Shown here piece by piece: positions 1-10,470 of a stretch of DNA of 64,000 bases; the stretch's first letter is position 1, and each line of letters starts with the position of its first letter. Made by a program: the position numbers and the translations under genes. This DNA is from Malacoraja senta (lineage: Eukaryota). The notes below the pieces were generated by a model, which had not been told where the DNA came from, searched no databases, and saw nothing but the letters and a program-made list of their open reading frames with translations. The stretch spans positions 14,818,001 through 14,882,000 of the forward strand of contig CM075987.1 in the NCBI GenBank assembly GCA_038087875.1, read 5' to 3'.

Positions 1-117
1 ACTGACCACTACATCATTAATTAATCAGTAAGATGGAAGAGATAGGGTTAGCTTGAATGCCAACTGCATACTGCGGGGGGGGGGGGTAAGAGAATTTGAC
101 TTTGAGTCAAACGTTAC

Positions 118-250
118 CTCAAATTTCTGACTCTCTTGTCGTAATTTCTCTATCGTCTGTCCGATTTCTGCAAGCCTGGGAGCCACACTGCCGGGGTCAC
201 CCATCTGAGGGTTCTTAACGTAGACATCTTTCATCTTTGTCAAGCCATCT
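118..250 (-). CDS. FNBP1: FNBP1 coding exon (~exon 13, 133 nt, HR1): (R)[44 protein letters not shown]
   Basis: Within ORF 25..273; acceptor tttgtag|A, donor GAG|gtaacg; phase matches the previous exon (AG|A = Arg). Confidence 0.95.
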
Positions 251-344
251 CTACAAAGTACAAATAAATACAATTAGTGTACCAATGTATTGCAGTCTGC
301 TGGTTGTCCTCTTATTAACATAGAACATAGAACAGTACAGATCA

Positions 345-860
345 GGAACAGTGCGCAGGATGGATGCTGGTGATAAGGGTCTCCCGGTTGCTCATCACTT
401 TAACTCTCCCTCCCATTCCCACATTGACCCTTCTGTCCTGGGCCTCCTCCGGTGTCACAGTGTGGCCCAACACAAATTGGAGGAACAGCACCTCGTATTT
501 GGCTTGGGGAGCTTACAACCCAGCGGTGTGAATTATAATTACTCCAACTTCAAGTAATGTGTGGATTCCCTCTTTCACCATCCCTCCCACACCCAAGTCC
601 TCCAACTAGTTGCACTGTCCTTCTGATTAAATTTACTGATTGTCACTTTCCCCTCAGCTAACAATGAACCATTCTAAATTTCCCTATCATCGTCTGCTTT
701 GATCTTTCATTTTCACACCTTACCTCTCCATATCTTTAGACTCTCTCTCCCCTGACTCTCAGTCTGAAGAAGGGTCTCGACACAAAACGTCACCCATTTC
801 TTCTCTCCAGAGATGCTGTCTGTCCTGCTGAGTTACTCCAGCATTTTGTGTATATCTTTA
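345..860 (+). mobile_element. Penelope-like element (PLE) 3' fragment: GIY-YIG endonuclease C-terminus, 3' UTR and hammerhead-like terminal repeat; sits inside a CR1 tail
   Basis: ORF 351..557 LPVAHHFNSPSH...KLEEQHLVFGLGSLQPSG.N; CTGAAGAAGGGTCTCGA motif starting at 764. Confidence 0.8.
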
Positions 861-2318
861 GCACAGGAACAGGCCCGATGGCCCACACTGTCTGCCGAAC
901 ATGATGCCAAAACCAACTCTTATCAACCTGCACTTAATCCATATCCCTCCACCTATCCAAAAGTCTCTTAAATGCCACTATTCTGCCCCCCCGACCACCC
1001 CAGGCAGCACATTCCAGGCACTCGTCACCCTCTGAGTAAAATAAAACATGAAAAGATTATTAATTTTGCAAATAAAACATTCAGCAGATTTGTGTCTAGT
1101 GTCCTCTTGTTCTGTTTCTGAACTGCTCTCGGAAGAGTTTAAACTGGAAGGGCAAGAGGGTGAGAAGCAGAGCAGCAGGTCAGCAAATGGAAGGGCTGTT
1201 GAGAAAGTGGAGGTTATGATAATTAAATCTCAAAGGAAGGACATGCAGGGAGTGGTTCATGAATATGGGGATAATGAAGGGCTGAAGTGTGTTTACTTCA
1301 ATGCAAAGAGTACTGTGGGTAAAGCTGATGAACTTAGAGCCTGGATTAGTGATTGGAATAATGATATTGTGGCCATTACGGAAACTTGACTGTGAGAGGG
1401 ACACGACTGGCAGCTCAACGTGCCAGGGTTTCGATGTTTCAGATGTGACAGAGTGAGAGGTAAAAGAGGTGGAGGAGTTGTTTTACTAATCAGGGAGATG
1501 TCATGGTGGTACTCAGACAGGACATACTGGAGGGCACATCTACTGTGGCATTATGGGTTGAGCTCAAAAATAAGAAAGGAGCAATCACACAAATGGAATT
1601 ATATTACAGACCATTCAATAACCAGTGGGAAATAGAGGATCAGATATGTAGACAGATTACAGAAGGATACTAGACTAAGTGGAACCTGTTGGGTCCCAGC
1701 ATCACATGGGAGGGCTGGTCCCCCAACGCAATATTCCACCTCTCCACCAATTCCAATATTGGTGCCCAGTGGGTGGGGTTTTCTGGAGCGCTAGTATGGG
1801 TGTTGTGGGCTGAAGGGACTGGTTTCCAGAGGGCTAGTATGGACATTGTGGGCCAAATGGATTCAATGCGGCGGCTCAGTCACTCAAGCCTGTTGTGCTG
1901 GCAGCTCACTCACTCACGGCTGGTGGGCTGGCAGTTAACTCACGGCTATTCCTTGAAATTCCATTACAAGCAGGGTGCAAGGCCACTAAAGACAGCGAGT
2001 CGTGACCGCTCCCTCATCCAACTTGCAGAGACTGAGCTATGCCCACACTTCTGGGTTTTATGGTCCCTCCCCCCTCCCACCAGAAGGGGCGTGGCCTTCA
2101 TGGCGTGATTAACAGGAGAGAGAATCTCAACATTTTTAAAACACTAATAGCTCTTTTATTTTTCCATCGATGTGAAAAATCCTCGGCACCTGATGAGCGG
2201 AGGGGGACTCTGAGTAAGTCGGCCAAAAATCACAGGCGTACGTGGTAGCGTTTTTTCTAAAATCAATATAAAGCCCAAACAGGAAGTGGTCAACATTATA
2301 TATTCTTAATTATATAGA

Positions 2319-2433
2319 AGGCAAGACAACTTTAAATAGGCAAGGCAACTTTAATTAGGCAAGGCAACTTTAATTAGGCAAGGCAACTTCAATTAGGCAA
2401 GGCAACTTCAATTAGGCAAGGCAACTTTAATTA
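2319..2433. repeat. 19-bp minisatellite (AATTAGGCAAGGCAACTTT), about 6 copies, inside the Helitron
   Basis: Directly visible tandem units. Confidence 0.9.
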
Positions 2434-2619
2434 GGCAACACAGCTTTAGCATTTCCAAACCAAAGGCGACACAGCTTTAGCATTTCCAAACCAAAGGCAA
2501 CACAGCGTTAGCATTTCCAAACCAAAGGCAACACAGCGTTAGCATTTCCAAACCAAAGGCAACACAGCTTTAACATTTCCAAACCAAAGGTAACACAGCT
2601 TTAGCATTTCCAAACCACA
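2434..2619. repeat. 31-bp minisatellite (GGCAACACAGCTTTAGCATTTCCAAACCAAA), 6 copies, inside the Helitron
   Basis: Six head-to-tail units with no spacers. Confidence 0.92.
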
Positions 2620-4543
2620 TTAAGGGCACTGACAGGTCAGTAAAACCACTCACAGTTTAGTAGACATGTGTTCAGTGTTATTCACAGCTCAGACTGAGAG
2701 ACGTGACCCTCTCGCTCCCCCATCTTGCAGAGACTGACTGAGGCACTCAACACTTCCGGGTTTTATAGTCCCTCCGGAAAGGGCGTGGCCTTCAGGAGAG
2801 AGAATCTGGACATTTTTTAAACACTAATAACTCTTTTATTTTTCATCGATGGGAAAAATCCTCTTGTCCTGCGCAGCAGAGGGGAACTCTGAGTAAGATG
2901 GCCAAAAAGCACAGCCGTAAGTGGCAGCGTTTTTTCTAAAATCAATATACAGAACAGGTAGTGGTCAAGATCAGACTTTTAGTAATATAGATAAGAACCA
3001 CAGGGTTGTTGTAGTGGGCGACTTTAACTTCCCAAATATTGACTGGGACTTACACAGTGCAAGAGGATTAGACGGGACAGAATTTGTTAGGTGGATCCAA
3101 GGAGGTTTCCTTAAACAGTATGCGGATGGTTCGACTCGAGGAGGGACCATACTGGACTTAAATTCCAAGACTTTTTATACACATGTTAAAAACAAGAGGG
3201 TGACCAGGGAGAAGGTAGGACCGCTCATGGATAAAGGAGAGTACTCGCTTCGAGTCGGAGGATGTTGGTGAGGTGCTAAACAAATACTTTGCATCTGTAT
3301 TCACCGAAGAGAAGGACTAGGAGGACAGCAAGATCAGTGTGGGAAATACAAAAATGTTAGGGCAGTTTGAGATCGAGTAAGTGGTGGTGCGGAGGTTCTT
3401 GAAGAAAATTAAGGTGGATAAGTCCCCAGGGCCTGATGGGATCTATCCCAGGTTACTCAAGAAGGCAAGAGAGGAGATTTTTGGGGCCTTGACAAGGATC
3501 TTTGTTTCTTCTCTAGCCACAGGCAAGGTCCCAGTGGCCAATGTTGTTCCTTTGTTTAAGAAGGGATGAGAAAGAAGGAACTATAGGCTGGTGAGCCTCA
3601 CATCAGTGGTCGGGAAACTATTAGAGAGAATTATTTGAGATTAATTTACTCCCATTTAAAAAATGGGCTAAATAGGGATAGCCGGCATGTCTTTGTATGC
3701 AGCAGGTCATGTCGTACTAACTTGATTTGAGTTTGAGGATGTGACGAATGAATAAACGAATGAATAAGTTTATTGGCCAAGTATTCACATACAAGGAAGG
3801 GGTATGGATTAACTTGGCATCATGTTCGACAAAGCTTTTCACTGTGTCTCAATACATGTGACAATAATAAACCTAAAGCTAAAGTGACTCACCTCATGAT
3901 TTCCAAAAACCTTCCCCCAGTTTACCAGGCACATCAGTGGTGTGTTAAAATACTCAACACTTGCCCAGATGAATGTAGTTGGATACTATTCAGGACAAAA
4001 CAGCCTGCTGTATTGGCACCTCCCCCAGTACACTGAGCAACAAATCCCTCTATCCATGGCGCATTATTGCTGCAAATTGCACAACAGATATCCACTGAGA
4101 CAAACCAGTCAAGGTTTCCACAGTGAACAAGCTTGAATCAAGAACAGAGAAGCGGTCTAATTGGATGATCAGTCTCCTAAAGTGACACACAGTCTTGACT
4201 TGGAAAAAAAATCACAATTCCTTCAATATTGCTCTCAGCATTGAGGACTCCTACTCATCACAAGGGCTGTTCATGGCACTGACTCACCACCATTCTCAGC
4301 AGAACAATTAGTGATAGGCAACAAATGGTCTTGACAGCCACGCCTACATTAAAACATTAAACATTTCAGCGGCACAATCAAAGATGTCTCATGTTCATGT
4401 CAACAGATAACTAGCAGTGCTTACTATGAAAAATGCCGTTGCAAAAATACTTAGTAATACCATTGCTTAAAATGCTTTGTACAGCGCTGTCGTGAATTCA
4501 CCGTGGTGACAAAAACCAAAGAGAATAATGAACACTCTTTTAC

Positions 4544-4653
4544 CTTTCATCAGACTCCTTCTGGATTTCTTTGTTGATTTCATCAATTTTCTGTTGAAGT
4601 TTCTTTCTCCGTTGTTCTGGTGGCAAATGACTGAAGTCTTCTGGTACCGAGCC
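4544..4653 (-). CDS. FNBP1: FNBP1 coding exon (~exon 12, 110 nt, start of HR1): [36 protein letters not shown](R)
   Basis: Acceptor ggacag|GGC, donor AG|gtaaaa; [15 protein letters not shown] motif. The ORF track shows this region in the wrong frame. Confidence 0.95.
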
Positions 4654-5167
4654 CTGTCCAAGCCATGATTAGATATGTCAGTATCACAAGTGGATCTACA
4701 CCTTAGGTCACAATTTAAATCAGAGGCCAGTGATTGAAAAAAAAATCACTTTCCCCATTCAGCGTGTTTCACTTTCTCAAACCCATATTACTTAGCCTGG
4801 TGGTCTGAATTTAATTTAGAGTTTGAATTTAAAGTCTTAATTTAAAACAGCTCTAATTTAAAGTCATCGAGTCGTAAAACTCTACAGCGCAGAAACAGGG
4901 CCTTCAACTCACCTTGTCCAATTTACAACTTAAGGACATCTTTCCTGGAGCTTTAATTTGTTACTTAAATCACATTTTCAATTAAAAATGCTTTACATGT
5001 CTTTGCTTCAATGACCTGACTCCCACATATTTTAATGTTTATGAGAAAATAGTTTTATTAAAAAATGCCTCAAAAGAATCCACTTTGCGTATGAACACTC
5101 ATGTGTGTAGGTCACATATGTACGTGCAGATGCACGTGTTATACCCAGAAGTTGCTGCATAAACTCA

Positions 5168-5400
5168 AGGGTGGCACAGCTGATCTCACAGCGCCAGAGA
5201 CCCATGTTCGATCTCGACCTCGGGTGCTGTCTGTGCGGAGTTTGTACGTTCTCCCTGTGCGTGGGTTTCCACCGGGTGCTTCCGTTTCCTCCAACATCCC
5301 AAAAGACATGTGGGTTTTGTAGGTCAATTGGCCTCTGTAAATTGCCCCTAGTGTGCAGGGAGTGGATGTGAAAATGCAGAAAGCACTGGTGATCCAGTCG
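5168..5400 (+). mobile_element. tRNA-derived SINE, HE1/V-SINE type (partial)
   Basis: B-box-like GTTCGATC followed by the body GGAGTTTGTACGTTCTCCCTGTG...GGTTTCC...CCCAAAAGAC. Confidence 0.8.
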
Positions 5401-6131
5401 GAATTTACATCATGTGCCCCAAGAGCTCAAGACTGAAAAGTATGTGTTATTACAAAACCTGCACCTCTGTGGGTGAAACAGTAGGCATCTTAAATGCAAA
5501 AAGAATGCCTCAATACCGTAGGGGAGACCAAAACAAGTGGAGACTGTTTATTGGGGAAAATTAGCGTGTCTCTTTCCGCACACATCTCACTGCAGACCCT
5601 AAATATACTTCTCCACTGCTTTAACCGGAAAGGATTAAATGAAAAATTAATGCCATTCCTTTAAAGAATGACAAACTCTCAGACAGTGAGTGACAAGAAC
5701 AGCAAAAATTAGCTTTACTTGCTCACACAAAAATAACAGTGGTTAATTTTAGGCAACCTAAGCCAGTGCGGAAAAATACCAAGCATTTTCAAAAAAAGAA
5801 TGCGTCCATTAACAAAAGATGAATTAAACTAATTAAAACATCTGCATTATTACAGAAGTACTGGTTCTGATTTTTTTCCAACATTTGGCAGAGTGAATTA
5901 AGGCATTGTAAAACAGTGCAAATTGAGTTAATGAAACAAGATCAGCAGGTGTTTCCTAATCTTGCTGTCACGTCTCCTCTGTGCAAGTGACTCGGCCTCT
6001 TCAAAACTATTAGTTTCATTAACAGGCTGAAGAATGTAGAGGTTCAGGATGCACGAGACTTGACACTTTTTTCCCCTGTTCCTCTTGTTTTTGTATCACC
6101 TATGAGGAGGCTCACCCTGAGAGAAAAGTAA

Positions 6132-6361
6132 TGGGCCTGTCCCACTTAGGTGACTTTTTGGGCGACTACAGGCGACTGCCGCAAAATGTTCAACACGTTG
6201 AAAAAAATTTCGGCTACAGTGGCGACAATTTTTGCTGTCGTAGGTTGTCGTAGGTGTTGTCGTAAGTGGTGTCGCAGGCTGTTGCCAGGTGTCGTAGGTG
6301 AATTCCATTAAAAGTAGTCCCTGGCAGTCGCCGAAAGAGTCACCTAAGTGGGACAGGCCCT
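6132..6361. mobile_element. PIF/Harbinger-type MITE (230 bp)
   Basis: TIRs GGGCCTGTCCCACTTAGGTGAC / GTCACCTAAGTGGGACAGGCCC; TAA TSD at 6129-6131 and 6362-6364. Confidence 0.85.
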
Positions 6362-6429
6362 TAAAAATCTGGCTCTATCTCACCCAAAGTTTATAATCTT
6401 TGATCTCACCTTGAAAATCATGTCCTTCA

Positions 6430-6770
6430 GATTCAAGAACACCACCTTCCCAGCAGGGGACTCGATCACTAACCTCAGCAACTATGATCTTTTATAGACC
6501 GTGTCTCTGATTGCACTATGGGCTTTGGTTTACCTCTATCATGATTACCTAGTATTATGGTTATTAATTAATGTAGCATTATTGATTATTGTACATTTAT
6601 TTGCGCACACTATGGGCTTTGGTATTGTTCTATTATGGTTATTAATTAATATAGTGTTATTGATTATTGTACATTTATTTGTGCGTTATTGCATTAAAGG
6701 GTTTGTAAACTGCAGTAAATAATAATGTCACTGTTGCAGGTACATATGACAATTAGACACACTTACCCCT
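6430..6770 (+). mobile_element. Rex1/Babar-type LINE 3' fragment with an internal tandem duplication
   Basis: TTCAAGAAC...TTCCCAGC head and GTACATATGACAATTA tail shared with other copies in the window. Confidence 0.55.
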
Positions 6771-7974
6771 GTGCCTCACTCTGAGTTATTAAAACCATGA
6801 AGCAAAGCATACTGTGTTGATGCACAAGATGTCTAACAAGATCTGAGCTTTATTCTACTGACTATTGAATATCAAAAGACTATTCAGACAGATGTGAAAC
6901 TGACGACTCATGTGCCCGTTGAAATTTGCATTAAATCTCATACTGCTGTTCTGATTAATATTTTTTATCAAATAACGTAATTTCATTAAAAAAAAGTTTT
7001 TTGCTCACTATCACATTCTGTCTTTATGGGTTTGCTATGAACAATGTCTTAAGCTCACAAAAGGAGCTTTGTAATATAAGTATCCCTTTTTAGAGTCATA
7101 TATTGTCATACAGCACGGAAACAGACCCTTCGGCCCAAATAACACATGCTGGCCAAAATGTCTCTCTCAACAAGTTCCATTAGCCTGCATTTCACCCACA
7201 TCCCCCTAAACCTATTCGATCCATTTGTATTGTCAATGCAAACTTTCTAATTTAACGGTTAGATCAGAAGTTGAAGATTCCATACACATAGTCGTGTTCT
7301 TTCACCATTTTTAACTTACATTTCAGTGCTTTGAATAGTAAAGGCTAATGGAACAGATAATTTATAAAAGTATTCATGCCACTGTGAATGATCGTTAAAT
7401 GCCACAATGCCTTTTCAGGTAAAATTTAGCTTTCCTGTGTGACCAAGTGGGAATATAAAAATTAAAAGATCAAGCAAAAAAAGGCATTATTTTATAATAT
7501 ATTTCACTAACTATATCCAGAAACCTAAAAAAAAAAATTGCATCAATTTCACATTTTGTATAGAGTCTAAATTCTGCCATATAAATCCAATGTACTGACA
7601 ATTTAAAATATTTAGAAAACAGTTTTCAACTGGAACAACGGATGCTGGTGACAGCCAAATTCCAACTCAGCAAATTAAATATAACGAACCAGTTAATTTC
7701 TATAATAATCTCAAATTAGTGCTCAATTTCTCTATAATGCGCTTTACAATTGCCGGTTTAACACACAACGTAGCCCACAGGAGTACATTGTGTTTAATGC
7801 AATATATGAGGATTAATGAGAATTAGTGCGTTTCTTTAGTAATTCTCTAGCATGTGATGGAGAGGTTATTTTGAATATTTATCACTAAAATTCCATCCAA
7901 TCTGTAAATAATTCCTTGGTGATCACTTGAACCAACCGGTCATTCCTTCTTCTCCCTGCTCCCATTGGGCTGAA

Positions 7975-8285
7975 GGTTGGAAGTATGCACCACCAGAAAC
8001 AACTTCTTCCCCTTTTCAGGCTTCTGAAAAGTCCTTCCATAAGCCAGGATACTGTCCTATTCATATCTATCCCATTGAAAACATTGGACTTTGTCAATGG
8101 AACTGATGTGCTACAATGCTGAGAACTATATTATGCTCTCTTTATCTTCCCCATTGCTCTATCTATTGTACTTAAGTTTGATTTGATCATATTTATATAC
8201 AGTATTATCTGATCCGAATGGGTAGCATGCAAAAGAAAAAAAACTCACAATACCTTGGTAAACGTGACAATAATAAACCTAAACC
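7975..8285 (+). mobile_element. Rex1/Babar-type LINE 3' fragment
   Basis: ...GTGACAATAATAAACCTAAACC tail; homologous to 39720-40140. Confidence 0.55.
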
Positions 8286-9171
8286 AGGCTCCAAATATTT
8301 GTTCAATCTATAGGTTCCAGTGGGAATCAGAAGCATTGCACTAACATTGGGAAATTGTTACAGGGTATAGTTTCTATGCAGCCATCTCTTAGAAATTAGC
8401 ACATTTACATGCAACAACAAAGATTGGTCTTAGATCTTGAGAGATTAAAGTTCCTATTTGATTCCCATCGGGACTACAACACATTGGAATGCCAGTTTTA
8501 ATGAGATTTTCAGTTTGTTTCAGCATGACCCTTACACTGCGAATCCATTACAAACTCCTTGCATCTTGTCACTAACTGATAGGTGTGAGTAACAACCTGC
8601 TATTAATTACTTATTATGGGCGTGCAGTAACAGGATCTTTTACAACTTCTCGGTATTGCTCAAGTTATTAGGAGTGAGATGTTAAATAAAGTCAAGAATA
8701 TCAAGAATGCTCATCATCTATGTGTTAAGTCCACCCAAGGGTTATAAATAGTTCTCAGATTATAGAAGGCTCACACATATTCACCATGGGAGAGGAGGGG
8801 GGTGGTGGGAACCTGGGTGCACATAGGAACACAACTGTCTCTATAGCAATTGATATTTGCAGCTTTGAGTTAGTGACATAGTGCAAAGGATTTGTATTGG
8901 ATTTCACATTTATAATTATAACTGGTTTTATAAGTTGGATGCAAGACCATAATTGTGCAAGTGTGTTAATTCATTAAAAAATTGATTAAAACAATGATGC
9001 CAGTGTTCACCTCAATAAAATTCCAGACTTGTGTATTCAACATTTTCTGACAAAACAAACAAGGACAAAGACAGTCAAAAAAAATTATTCACAATTAATT
9101 TCACAAGTGGTTATCGTGGTCGGTAAATCACATTACGAGTGGAACAGACACACAAATGCCACATTGCTTAC

Positions 9172-9186
9172 CAGTTTGAGAGAAAG
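9172..9186 (-). CDS. FNBP1: FNBP1 15-nt microexon (~exon 11): LSLKL
   Basis: Minus strand reads tgttcttttctcttccttcctttcctctccaattttgcgtgaag|CTTTCTCTCAAACTG|gtaagc. The peptide matches the LSLKL between KRG and G-x-x-PEDFS in vertebrate FNBP1 as I recall it. Confidence 0.92.
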
Positions 9187-9240
9187 CTTCACGCAAAATT
9201 GGAGAGGAAAGGAAGGAAGAGAAAAGAACAGGTAACGTCA
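9187..9240 (-). promoter_or_regulatory. Microexon 3' splice site: branch-like TGAC, pyrimidine tract, UGC motif at -9..-7, AAG acceptor
   Basis: TGC at 9195-9193 lies between the pyrimidine tract and the AG, the established SRRM3/SRRM4 (nSR100) enhancer layout. Confidence 0.65.
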
Positions 9241-9879
9241 ATAGGAGATGATCACTCACTTTAAACGTGATATAACTCTGTACCGAATTAAGATGGTAAG
9301 GTTACAATGAACATGGTTCATAAGGGAGCCATCTGAAAATGCACTGCCAGGATATGTATACTGCTGTACCATAAATCCTGTATTTTATCAGTATAATATT
9401 GAAACATGAAAAAGAATGCAGCAAGTTTAGTTGTTTTATCAAGTCTGTTCACATTACATATCATATACAATACAATCGGTGAAAACCCAGTTCATTTGAC
9501 CTTCTTACACATGCTGTAGGCAAGTTTCTAGCTGCTCCCCAAAAATGTAAATCAAGATTTCAAGGTATCAATCTAACTTTCATTCTTTTGTCCACCAAAG
9601 CCTTTCCAGGATCCTCGTGGCTGGCAACCAGCAAACCTATCTTACAGCTCGCATTAAAATCACTAAAACCTATTCCAAAAGCAGTCATACCTCCATATAG
9701 TACTGAAAAGTCCACCAATATCTGCAACTTCAAAGAAAGCGTTTACAAAGTTAGAAGTGACAGTAACCTACTCTGCCCACCAAACTTCTACAGCTATCTG
9801 CTGAAGAGCAACCAGTCTGATTGCATCATGGTCCGGTTCAGTAACTCAAAAACTGGCAGTCGGCGCTTGTAGAGAGGTT

Positions 9880-10168
9880 AGTTTTAGTTTAGTTTAGAGA
9901 TACAGTGTGGAAACAGACCCTTTGGTCCACCAAGGTCATGGCGACTAGCGATCGCTGTACACTAGGACTATCCTACACACTAGGGGTAATTTACAATCTT
10001 TTACCGAAGCCAATTAACCTACAAACCTGTACGTCTTTGGAATGCGGGAGGAAACCGGAGCACCCAGGGAAAACGTACAAATTCTGTACAGACGGCACCT
10101 ATAGTGAGGATCGAATCTGGTTCTCTGGCGCTGTAAGACAGCTACGCTATCACTGTGCCACCGTCCCA
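9880..10168 (-). mobile_element. tRNA-derived SINE, HE1/V-SINE type, with CR1-like tail
   Basis: Reverse-strand tRNA head (GGCACAGTGATAGCG...GATTCGATCC), conserved body and (CTAAA)n tail. Confidence 0.85.
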
Positions 10169-10251
10169 CAATACTGAGGATGTTCCTAATCGTGAGACCA
10201 ATATCCCATTGTCTAGCTGGGTTCCACATGGAACTGCCTGGAAGTTTCCTG

Positions 10252-10470
10252 TGTAGGAAGGAACTGGAGATGCTGGTTTAAATTGTAGACACAAAATGCT
10301 GGAGTAACTCAGCGGGACAGGCAGCATCTCTGGAGAGAAGTGATGTTTCGGGTCGAGACCCTTCTGCAGACTGGAGTCTGAAGAAGGGTCCCAACCCGCA
10401 AGGTCACCCATTCCTTCTCTCCAGAGATGCTGCCTGTCCCACTGAGGTACTCCAGCATTTTGTGTCTAAT
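10252..10470. mobile_element. Inverted pair of PLE terminal repeats (fold-back)
   Basis: GACACAAAATGCTGGAGTAACTCAGCGGGACAGGCAGCATCTCTGGAGAGAAG mirrored by CTTCTCTCCAGAGATGCTGCCTGTCCCACTGAGGTACTCCAGCATTTTGTGTC. Confidence 0.8.

Larger units (their letters stand above)
1670..2991 (-). mobile_element. Non-autonomous Helitron-like element (1322 bp), composite with two 5' termini
   Basis: Minus strand begins A|TCTATATTACT and ends with an imperfect hairpin GGGACCCAACAGGTTCC...CTAG|T. Inserted between A1669 and T2992 with no TSD; removing it restores the CR1 frame QITEGYKNHRVVVVGDFN. Confidence 0.85.
1200..3750 (+). mobile_element. Degenerate CR1-clade LINE ORF2 (APE endonuclease and RT fragments), interrupted by a Helitron at 1670-2991
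   Basis: KCVYFNA...DIVAITET; RGGGV; RVVVVGDFNFPNIDW; KVDKSPGPDGIYPRLL...ANVVPLFKKG; multiple stops and frameshifts. Confidence 0.9.

Noticed and set aside
2319-2619. Short regular repeats resembling a CRISPR array
   Set aside because: The units are head-to-tail with no unique spacers, there are no cas genes, and the context is a eukaryotic intron; these are minisatellites inside a Helitron.
4467-4661. ORF-track protein [11 protein letters not shown]...
   Set aside because: Wrong frame over the real FNBP1 exon 4544-4653
5168-5225. tRNA-like A/B boxes (also at ~10100-10165 and ~27630-27700)
   Set aside because: SINE heads joined to SINE bodies, not full cloverleaf tRNA genes
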